A DNA stretch of 64,000 nucleotides, taken from the NCBI GenBank assembly GCA_963793265.1, contig CAWBZI010000001.1:608001-672000 (forward strand). The letters run 5' to 3'. Positions 29,803-37,819 of the stretch are shown here, piece after piece. The notes below the pieces were generated by a model that did no database searches, had not been told where the DNA came from, and saw nothing but the letters and a program-made list of their open reading frames with translations. Source of the DNA: an uncultured cyanobacterium. Lineage in GTDB: Bacteria; Cyanobacteriota; Cyanobacteriia; Phormidesmidales; Phormidesmidaceae. Positions within the stretch are counted from its first letter, which is position 1; each line of letters starts with the position of its first letter. Made by a program: the position numbers and the translations under genes.

Positions 29803-30582
29803 CTAAGCCTCTTCAGCCGGTCGCATAATCACCTGCAAGTGCTTAAGTCCTTTCTTAACCCGGCGAGACACCGTGACTGAGCTAATGCCCAAGCGTTCAG
29901 CCGTTTCCTTCTGCGTAAGATCGTGCAAAAACACAAACTCCACCACTTCTCGGGTGCGTTTCTCTAGCTGAGAGAGTGCCTGATGCAGCCGAATCTGGTC
30001 TTCTTGGGCGAGCTGAAAGCTTCGGTAGCGAGAGTCGGGGAGCAAGTCACCTAAAGACGACGCGCCACCATCGTTTTCTTTAATCGGAGCGTCCAAACTC
30101 AAAAGATTGCGGTTGCTGCTAGCAATTCTGACCTGCTGCCATTCTTCCACACTAATCTCAAGCTCATCAGCAACCTCTTGATCGCTAGGTCTGCGGTTCA
30201 GATTTTCTTGCAGGTGACGAATAGCCCTAGCTGACTGATTTTGTAAGGTTTGCCAGCGCCGAGGAATGCGAACTACAGTACCTTTGTCTCTCAAGTAGTG
30301 CTGAATTTCGCCGCGAATGTAAGGGATGGCAAAAGAGCTGAAGGCAAATCCTTTTTGGAGGTCAAAGCGTTCAATCGCGCGGATTAAGCCTAAGCTGCCT
30401 ACCTGCATTAAGTCGTCAAAGGTTTCTCCAGAGCTGTGCAGCCAGCGATGAGCTTCTCGGCGGACAAGGCCAATATTCATCTGCACTAAACGGTTTCTAA
30501 GCTGTGGTGAAGGGTCTTTGTGATAAGTCGTTAAAATTTCAAGAGATTGGTTTTTAATAACTTGATTCGACGAAGAATGCAT
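29803..30582 (-). CDS. sigF: RNA polymerase sigma factor SigF (group 3)
   Basis: RNRLVQMNIGLVR.EAH, DLMQVG.LGLIRAIERF, FSSFAIPYIRGEIQHYLRDK, YRSFQLAQED.IRL. Confidence 0.92.
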   Translation of the reverse strand: MHSSSNQVIKNQSLEILTTYHKDPSPQLRNRLVQMNIGLVRREAHRWLHSSGETFDDLMQVGSLGLIRAIERFDLQKGFAFSSFAIPYIRGEIQHYLRDKGTVVRIPRRWQTLQNQSARAIRHLQENLNRRPSDQEVADELEISVEEWQQVRIASSNRNLLSLDAPIKENDGGASSLGDLLPDSRYRSFQLAQEDQIRLHQALSQLEKRTREVVEFVFLHDLTQKETAERLGISSVTVSRRVKKGLKHLQVIMRPAEEA

Positions 30583-30809
30583 ATATTAAAGAGCCTGTAA
30601 TTATCAGTTAAGGACTCTTGGCAGATGGGACAAGGCACACCTACTAGGCGACTCTGACTGAGCAACTTCAATCACAAGATCTGGAGCTAACCAGGACTTG
30701 AAAGCGCCTGTAGCAGAGGATACCAAGTTGACCCATCTAGCCTAATCAACGCCTCTTGCTCAAGCAATTGGGTTTCTACGGAATCAGACGGCTTAGAATG
30801 TGACCGCAC

Positions 30810-30842
30810 AAAAAAGAGGACATCTTGGTAGATGTCCTCTTT
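30810..30842 (-). terminator. Intrinsic terminator after psbO
   Basis: AAAAAAGAGGACATCT-tggt-AGATGTCCTCTTT. Confidence 0.85.
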
Positions 30843-30902
30843 AAGGGGTGCGCTTTGCTAAAAAGCGGCTAACTGTAGCTGACTAGAGACAAGTGGCTGA
30901 AC

Positions 30903-31739
30903 TTAAGCGTCTTGACTAGACTCAATGCGACCGTAGAATACGCCTTGCAAGCGGACGTCATCGGCTGCGGCCGTTCCCATATCTGTATCAGAAGGCTGCT
31001 CGGAAATGAACGTACCGCCAACTTCACCCGTTTTGCTATCTACTTTAGAAATTTGCAAAGAGATATTGCCTCTACCCACATCAAAGGCTTTGACGTTCTC
31101 TCGGCTCAAATCAACCGCATCAGCACGAGCAGGTAGGGCAACTGCGTTGTCGTATCCCGTGGTCAAACCGCGCGCTTTAGGATCTAAGAAGTTAGAAGTA
31201 CGGTAGGAAGGAACGCGAAAATCACCCTCAAAATCGGTGGAGGTGGTAATAGCGTTAAGCCCAGGCTGAGACTTAGCCTTTAGCCCTTTGATAGTAAAGA
31301 GGAAAGGAATTTGGTCACCGCCAGGAAGCAGTACGGTAATCGGCTGGAAGTCCATACCTAGCTTTTCGTCGAAGACTAAGCTACCGTCATCCTGAAGCTT
31401 GATATCACCGCTGACCTGCTCTAGAGAAGTGGTGTAGCGAGTGAGTGATTTACCGGCTACAAACTCAGCTTCTTTGCGCTGATTAGGTGACTCTTGCTTT
31501 ACAAAGAAGCTGGTAGGCTCCATGCAAAGGTCAACGAGTTGATAGGCCACACCGGATTCGATGGGGATTTGGCCACGACGGGTTTCGTCTACCTGAGGGC
31601 AGCTATTGGCAAGCCCTGTATTACGAATTTCGTCATAGGTCAGTGGAATGTTGCTAGTTGCGCTAGGCGCTTCGCTACAGGCCGTTAGGACACCTAAGCA
31701 AAGGGCAAAAAACGCAGCTAGCAGAGCGCGATACCTCAT
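30903..31739 (-). CDS. psbO: Photosystem II manganese-stabilizing protein
   Basis: MRYRALL...LTACS, LTYDEI..TGLAN.CP, PFLFTIK, YRTSNFLDPKARG..TGYD.AVALPA, QPSDTDMG. Confidence 0.97.
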   Translation of the reverse strand: MRYRALLAAFFALCLGVLTACSEAPSATSNIPLTYDEIRNTGLANSCPQVDETRRGQIPIESGVAYQLVDLCMEPTSFFVKQESPNQRKEAEFVAGKSLTRYTTSLEQVSGDIKLQDDGSLVFDEKLGMDFQPITVLLPGGDQIPFLFTIKGLKAKSQPGLNAITTSTDFEGDFRVPSYRTSNFLDPKARGLTTGYDNAVALPARADAVDLSRENVKAFDVGRGNISLQISKVDSKTGEVGGTFISEQPSDTDMGTAAADDVRLQGVFYGRIESSQDA

Positions 31740-32024
31740 GGTCAACCTCAAGATTCTGTTAAATATTTGAAAACGGCAAAGGGAATTTAGTTATTCATTT
31801 TACACCGCAACCGCCCGGTTCTGAACGGTTTCTTCAGCTTTACCCGGCGACGATATAGCGGCTGGCTAGCAGCTAGCTTGCATGAGCAGGCGGCGATCAC
31901 GTAGGCTCCGATAGACTGTCGTACGATTGAAAGAACATAAACTAAAGTTACAAAACTACAAAGTCTTAGTTTAAAAAAAGCTAAAAAAAGCCTTAATCAA
32001 GAGTCCCTAAACACCGAGAACCCC

Positions 32025-32414
32025 TTGAACGCACCTCTAAATGCGCCCTTGAATGCACCCTCGAATACAGTGAGTAGTTCTGAGCCCCTGACCCATCAGT
32101 CCCCACAAGATATGCCAGCGGATCTCGCGCAGTTGGTGCAGGTTGTTCAAGCAGCGGCCCAAAGCAGGGAGGGCGATTGCGTAGAGCTACTAGCGCTGCT
32201 AAGGCTGCTAAACGAACTGCACTACAACATTCGAGACACTCTTTTTCGAGAAGCGCTGCCCGACAATCGCCAGCATTTGTACCGGCTGCTCAAAGACATG
32301 GAAAATAAGGGTGGCTGGCCCTATATCAGAAGAATGAAGCTAACTGCACTATTAGAGCATCTAAACGAAGAAGAGGCGGAAGCGGGAAACGAGTCTGAGC
32401 AAAGTCAGGGCTGA
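32025..32414 (+). CDS. Conserved cyanobacterial hypothetical protein
   Basis: LL.LLR.L..LH..IRD..F..ALP.NRQ.LY.LLKDME..GGWPYI.RMKL; start position uncertain. Confidence 0.75.
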   Translation: MNAPLNAPLNAPSNTVSSSEPLTHQSPQDMPADLAQLVQVVQAAAQSREGDCVELLALLRLLNELHYNIRDTLFREALPDNRQHLYRLLKDMENKGGWPYIRRMKLTALLEHLNEEEAEAGNESEQSQG

Positions 32415-32766
32415 GGATTACTGCCAATTGCATTCTTCAAATTTACGTTTACTTACGTTTCAAGCGCGCTGAGAGCCGATTTGAAGGAATAGAGCTTGTT
32501 GCGTCTCTATAAGCCGCTCGCTCACTTTGTCATCTGCCTTTATTTAGCTGTCTCTAATTTCTTGCGGTTAGCATCCTTTTACCTTCGTAAGAGGATCAAT
32601 GCGCTTAGGTGGCACAGCTAACCGGGCAACATCTGATCAAATCTCGTAGGATTGCTCACACCAGAGCTTCTACCTTTTTAATAGATTCCGCGATCGCGCC
32701 CTTGTGAAAAAATAGCCAAAAGAATAGCGATCTCCAAAAATATAGGCAACTAAAGTACAGGCAACC

Positions 32767-34386
32767 ATGTTTTTTAAAGCACACTACAAAAGCCCTGATA
32801 GGAGCTGGCAGCGTCTCTTGCAGTGCAATCTTCTACAGAGCGTCTTGCTATCGGGTATGGTGGCTTTGCTCTCTCAAGGCATTGCCGCCTCCCCCGCTGA
32901 AGCGGCGGTGAATCGGTATTGCCAGCTATCGCAGGCAGACGCCGACAGAAAAGAGTCGCTGCGTGTGGCGGGTGCTCAAGGTGATGCTACCGCGCAGCAG
33001 CAATACGAAGACCTTAGACAGCAGCATACGCGCGATCTGCAAGACTGTCGTCGGCAAAACTGGCCAGAGAATCAGGCGATTTGGCTGCGGCTATACCCTT
33101 GTGATTTGCAGCCGGGCCGATTAGATGCGCTGATGGATCGGATTGTGAACTTGGGCTACAACCAGGTTTATATTGAGGCATTTTCTAATGGGCAGGTGCT
33201 GTTGCCTAAAAACGATAATCCGACAGTTTGGCCCAGTGTGGTGCAGTCGAGCGCGGATGCCGATCGTGATTTGCTAGCAGAAGCGATCGCCTCTGCCCAA
33301 GACAGAGACTTGACCGCCTATGCCTGGATGTTTACGCTCAACTTTGGCTATTCATACGGTCAGCGAGCCGACCGCAGGCAGGTACTTGCTCGCAATCGTT
33401 CGGGGGCAGACACACGCGACTATGCCGACAACGGAACCAGCGGCGTTTCCGAAGAATCCTTTGTTGATCCTTATAATGCAACGGCTCAGGCTGACTACGC
33501 TCAAATGGTACGCGCCGTACTTGCTCGTAATCCTGATGGCGCGCTTTATGACTACGTACGCTATCCTCGCCTCACAGGTGCGGCTTCTGTGGTTAGCCAG
33601 GTGAGCGACCTATGGATTTACGGCTCAGCAGCGAGCAATGCGCTTGTGCAGCGTGGCATGAACAATAAGGGGCGAGCGCTTATTCAGAAGTTTTTACAGC
33701 GCGGCTACATCACAGATACAGACGTAGCCCAGGTTGATAGTCAGTATCCCACTGAAGGAGAACCGCTATGGCAGAGCCGCAATCCACCCGCAGTAGAGCC
33801 TAAAGATTTAGCCGCCCCTTCCGAGCGTAGGCCAGGGCTACAGGTAGAGCTATGGCGACTGAGCGTAGCCCATGCAATTCAGGGTGTCGTAGACTTTTTA
33901 CAGGCGGGCGCTATGCCTGCTCGTCAAGCGGGCATCCCTGCCGGAGCCGTCTTTTTCCCTTATGGCAACCGAGCCGTTGGCAGTGGCTACGACGCCCGGT
34001 TGCAGCACTGGAACCGCTTTCCTGAATGGATGGATGCTCATCCGATGGCGTATGCGGTCTGTGGAAATGCAAACTGCATTGTGGACGAAGTGCGGCGCGT
34101 AACCAACATTCGACAAAACACTAGAACCGTGAAGCCTGCGCTAGCGGGAACGTGGGGCGTCGCACAGCCAAACCGGCCTTCTCTAGAAGTGCAAATGGAC
34201 GCACTACAGCGGAACTTTCCACAGATCAATACGGTGAGCCATTTTTCGTTTGCCTGGCAAGATTCCGAGTTTGATCGGTTTCGGAAGAGTTGTGGCGTGG
34301 GTAGAGCGCAAGGGCCGGACTTGGATGTGCTCAGAAGCAGAGTTCGCTTAGACGAGACGAGTGAGCAGGCAAATAACTTTCAATAG
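32767..34386 (+). CDS. Secreted glycoside hydrolase family 10-like (GHL10/DUF187) protein
   Basis: Signal peptide; AIWLRLYPCD, GYN.VYIE.F, D.DLLAEAI..A..R.L..YAW, DG..YDYVRYP. Confidence 0.8.
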   Translation: MFFKAHYKSPDRSWQRLLQCNLLQSVLLSGMVALLSQGIAASPAEAAVNRYCQLSQADADRKESLRVAGAQGDATAQQQYEDLRQQHTRDLQDCRRQNWPENQAIWLRLYPCDLQPGRLDALMDRIVNLGYNQVYIEAFSNGQVLLPKNDNPTVWPSVVQSSADADRDLLAEAIASAQDRDLTAYAWMFTLNFGYSYGQRADRRQVLARNRSGADTRDYADNGTSGVSEESFVDPYNATAQADYAQMVRAVLARNPDGALYDYVRYPRLTGAASVVSQVSDLWIYGSAASNALVQRGMNNKGRALIQKFLQRGYITDTDVAQVDSQYPTEGEPLWQSRNPPAVEPKDLAAPSERRPGLQVELWRLSVAHAIQGVVDFLQAGAMPARQAGIPAGAVFFPYGNRAVGSGYDARLQHWNRFPEWMDAHPMAYAVCGNANCIVDEVRRVTNIRQNTRTVKPALAGTWGVAQPNRPSLEVQMDALQRNFPQINTVSHFSFAWQDSEFDRFRKSCGVGRAQGPDLDVLRSRVRLDETSEQANNFQ

Positions 34387-34391
34387 CCTAT

Positions 34392-36284
34392 TCAAGTTAG
34401 CCCACCTAAGTAGCCTCGGGGCGTGATAAACCAGCCTTCATAGGTGCGACTGCTGCGGTTACCGATGATGACGGTGGTGAGCATGTCTATGGGGTGCTCG
34501 AACATTTCGCCCAGGCTAGTCAGGGTGATTTGTTCGTCGGGGCGGTAGAGCGATCTGGCTAATGCCACAGGCGTATCGGCACTTCTGTGCTTTAAGAACG
34601 TTTCTTGCGCGAACACGATTTGATCAGTGCGTGTTTTTGATTTGGGATTGTATAGCGCCACTATGAAATCAGCTTCAGCAGCGGCCCGCAGTCGGGTTTG
34701 GATTACTTCCCACGGCGTTAGCAGGTTGCTCAGGCTGATAGCGCAAAAGTCGTGCATCAATGGGGCACCGACTCGTGAAGCCGCAGATTGCAGAGCGCTG
34801 ACGCCTGGAAATACTTCTACTTCAGGTGTTTTACCATCCCAAGATTCGGCTCGCAGTTGCTCTAGAACTAGACCTGCCATACCGTAGATGCCGCAATCGC
34901 CGGAGGAAATGACTGCTACTGTGAAACCTTCGTTCGCTAGCGCGATCGCTCTTTCGGCCCGCTGCCGCTCTTGAGTAATCGGTAGTCCTTCTACAATTTG
35001 ACCCGGACGTAGCAAAGGTCGAATGAGATCGACGTAGAGCTTATAGCCGATTACAACGTCTGCATTTGTAATTGCGGCCCTAGCGGCAGGCGTGATTTGG
35101 TTAAGACTGCCGGGGCCAGTGCCGACAAGGTGAAGCTTACCCGTGCGACCTATGTATTCGGTTTCTGATTGAGCGATCGCAACTGTCACCGCCCCCTTAA
35201 CACCTTCTATCTCAACATCTACCGCCTTCACAATCTGCTTTTTCACTCTCAGCGTACTTACCGTATCAGCCGCATCGCAATAGCCAACTGCCACAATGGC
35301 TGCGGCCTCAGACACGCTAGGCGTTCCTACCTCTCGTTCAACGACGCTTGAAGGCGTTGGAACAGCCACAGAATTCAGCATCTTTGCCGTAAAACACCGC
35401 AACGGCCAGTTTCGTTCTTGGGCGAGTTCAACTAAGCCCACTTCATCTGCTTTGAGATCGATGGTGGCTATTCCAGCGATCGCGCCCAAAGCCAAATGAT
35501 TCTTCCGGCATATCTCTATCACCGCATGTTCAATTAGCGCTTTGCTCGTATCCCTTTCACAGCCAATCCCTAACCACAAAACGCGAGGATGCCACTGCAC
35601 TTTTGGCAAATCAGCATCCGGTGCAAACGTTCTTTGAATGGGGCTAATCCACACGCGGCCCTTCGGCTTGGCTTTGGCGTCTCGATCTTCAAATTCTGGG
35701 AAGCCAAACTGAAAGGGATGGTCGGCAGGTAAGTGCTTTTGCCAGAGGGTGCTACCGGCTTCTTGGAGTATTTGGACTGGGGACTGCTGTGCGATCGCTG
35801 CTGCAACTCCCGTCCAATCACCAGCTCCCATTGCCCAGCCAAACGGTGTGCCGAGCGTATCTATACCAGGTAGGTTTAGAGAGTGTGATGAGCCGGTGAT
35901 AATGGGTTCGGCGTTGAGGAGCTGGCTGATGTGTTGGGTGAGGCGATCGCCCCCACCCTGATGCCCGCCGCACAAACTAATCGCCACTTTCCCATCTGGG
36001 TCAATCACAACGACAGCCGGGTCACTGGCTTTATCAGTCAACAGCGGCGCAATCAAACGAACCACCGCACCGCTGGCAAGACAAAAAACAAAGCCTTCGT
36101 ACGCTTGCCAATTCGCCTGCAAAAAAGCCGCTAATGAAGTGTCGTAAATGCGATAGCTGAGATTTAACGCATCAGCCTCGTGCTGCAATTTGGGCGAAAT
36201 CCATAACTGTGCAACCTCTCCACACAGCGGCGCTAAGCAGCGCAGGCCCGAAGGTGTCGTCGTAATTGCAGCGGTAGGTAGCAT
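34392..36284 (-). CDS. cobJ: CbiG-CobJ (precorrin-3B C17-methyltransferase) fusion
   Basis: CbiG (GAVVRLIAPLL.DK..DPAV, GGHQGG, GIGC, SVSEAAA) plus CobJ (GTGPG, SSGDCGIYGMAG, GAPLMHDF, YNP.S, TPRGY). Confidence 0.95.
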   Translation of the reverse strand: MLPTAAITTTPSGLRCLAPLCGEVAQLWISPKLQHEADALNLSYRIYDTSLAAFLQANWQAYEGFVFCLASGAVVRLIAPLLTDKASDPAVVVIDPDGKVAISLCGGHQGGGDRLTQHISQLLNAEPIITGSSHSLNLPGIDTLGTPFGWAMGAGDWTGVAAAIAQQSPVQILQEAGSTLWQKHLPADHPFQFGFPEFEDRDAKAKPKGRVWISPIQRTFAPDADLPKVQWHPRVLWLGIGCERDTSKALIEHAVIEICRKNHLALGAIAGIATIDLKADEVGLVELAQERNWPLRCFTAKMLNSVAVPTPSSVVEREVGTPSVSEAAAIVAVGYCDAADTVSTLRVKKQIVKAVDVEIEGVKGAVTVAIAQSETEYIGRTGKLHLVGTGPGSLNQITPAARAAITNADVVIGYKLYVDLIRPLLRPGQIVEGLPITQERQRAERAIALANEGFTVAVISSGDCGIYGMAGLVLEQLRAESWDGKTPEVEVFPGVSALQSAASRVGAPLMHDFCAISLSNLLTPWEVIQTRLRAAAEADFIVALYNPKSKTRTDQIVFAQETFLKHRSADTPVALARSLYRPDEQITLTSLGEMFEHPIDMLTTVIIGNRSSRTYEGWFITPRGYLGGLT

Positions 36285-36294
36285 AGGTACATTT

Positions 36295-36729
36295 TCAAGC
36301 CGACTGGCGAGGCCGAATAGAAGCCAAGGCTTTTGATTCTACCTTTTGAGTGTGGTACAAATCCCACCGAAGCTGAAGACTCATCCAGAAGTCGGCTGAG
36401 TTGCCGAAGTACTTAGCCAAGCGCAGCGCTGTACTAGGCGTTATGGCAGTTCTGACTTTAATTATTTTGCTGACAAGCTCTAGCGGAAGGTGTATAGATT
36501 CGGCAAGTTCCTGCTCAGTAATATTCATGGGCTTTAAAAACGATTCTTCAAGCATCTGCCCCGGAGGCGTCGGCACTCGATGACTAGGCACACGAACTCT
36601 CAGTGCGGCATTCTCAAAAAACGCATCTGTCAAAGGCGGAATATCAGAGTAGTTAATACTTTCGTCTTCCATAGCCTCTCGTACTGCCCAGCCAGTACGG
36701 GAGGTACCGTTCAAGTCTTGTCCGCTCAT
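36295..36729 (-). CDS. higA: Chimeric antitoxin: BrnA-like N-terminus fused to a HigA/VapI XRE-HTH antitoxin
   Basis: SRT.W....AMEDE.I.YSDIPPLTD.FF (BrnA-like) followed by PT.PG.ML.E.FLKP..IT...LA...ITPSTALRLAKYFG.SADFW..LQ..WDLY (HigA). Confidence 0.75.
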   Translation of the reverse strand: MSGQDLNGTSRTGWAVREAMEDESINYSDIPPLTDAFFENAALRVRVPSHRVPTPPGQMLEESFLKPMNITEQELAESIHLPLELVSKIIKVRTAITPSTALRLAKYFGNSADFWMSLQLRWDLYHTQKVESKALASIRPRQSA

Positions 36730-36770
36730 TTCTATTAGCCCTTCGTGCCGAAGTAATTAAAATCACATCA
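36695..36770 (-). pseudogene. Remnant 3' end of a brnT-like toxin gene
   Basis: Frame overlapping the antitoxin start reads DVILITSARRANRNERTRLERYLPY (cf. BrnT C-terminal IRIISARKA...ER). No start codon is found before an upstream in-frame stop. Confidence 0.6.
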
Positions 36771-36856
36771 TACGAACAGTATTCGCATCCTGACTCAGGA
36801 AGGTATCATTCACGGTTAGAGTGGAGCTGACGACCTACGCATCGCTTTTTATATAA

Positions 36857-37530
36857 ATGTCTGAAGATAAAAGCCTTGATATCATCGGTGCAGGAAAAAT
36901 CGCTGAAGCTATTCCAGACGCGGCTTGGACAACAGTAGTAGACACTGCCTGTGATACGTTCAGGCGAACGATCCTACCACTTACAGCGATTACCAGTGGC
37001 GTTGGACGGTTGATCGAAGCAAAGTTCAATCGGTTAGTCGATGCTGAGAAAGTTGTTATCTCTAACACAATGTTCCGTGCTACGGAGAAAGCGACCCGCA
37101 ATAATCAGAAGCAGAAAGAGGCACACAAGACAGCCATCATATTGAAGGTTATAGAAAGTGCATCTAGCGAGGTTGATGCTACGCTGCAAGAGCTATGGAC
37201 AAACTTAGTCGCGAATGAACTTGTGGACGGCTCTATTCATCCAGAATTTGTCCGCATTTTATCAAGACTCAGCACTGCTGATGCCCAAAGACTGATAGAG
37301 ATTGCGCAAAGCTCTAAGCAGAGGTCGTCTCTTAAGTTAGCCTAAAAATCTTGAGTGTCGTAGAGGTGGGTTCAGTGCGTCTGAGAGGTACTAGCAAAGA
37401 ACATACAACCTTTATTGATGCACATCTATCTAATCTCAATCTAATTCAGATATCCGATATCAATACCTGCGAGCTGACTGTTACAGGTAGAGCTTTTCTT
37501 GAGTCTGTTAGTGATCCTTCTATGGAATAA
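36857..37530 (+). pseudogene. Abi-alpha (DUF4393)-like gene interrupted by a frameshift at ~37340
   Basis: First frame: LQELWTNLVAN...IHPEFVRILSRLSTADA. The -1 frame continues LKILSV...HLSNLNLI...ELTVTGRAFLESVSDP to a stop at 37530. Confidence 0.7.
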
Positions 37531-37568
37531 TCTTCTTCAACACAAGAGTATATAGCCATTAGTCGCAC

Positions 37569-37769
37569 TCATAATTCCTGTAGCTTTCCTTTGGCCTTTG
37601 CATCCATCGCTTCTTTGAGTAGAAAGTCTAGCTTTCCTTCGGCACTATCTCTCTCAATTTGCTCATCCCAAATCTGCCAGTCCTTCTCGGCAAACCACTC
37701 CCTCAATTGATTGAAGTCTTGTTGAGGAAGCGCCTCAATTTCAGCTTTTATTTGCTCTACCTGTGTCAT
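37569..37769 (-). CDS. Small antitoxin-like protein (orphan)
   Basis: VEQIKAEIEALP......LREWF.E.DW..WDEQIERD...GKLD.L..EA; resembles the antitoxin type usually paired with ParE/RelE-like toxins. No toxin is adjacent. Confidence 0.6.
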   Translation of the reverse strand: MTQVEQIKAEIEALPQQDFNQLREWFAEKDWQIWDEQIERDSAEGKLDFLLKEAMDAKAKGKLQEL

Positions 37770-37819
37770 GGAGATACCTCAACATAGCAAATTAGTTAAA
37801 AGAGAGGCCGCGATAACGT

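Noticed and set aside
36835..37101. 88-aa minus-strand ORF as the missing toxin
   Set aside because: Antisense shadow of the Abi-alpha-like gene; no RelE/HigB/BrnT motifs.
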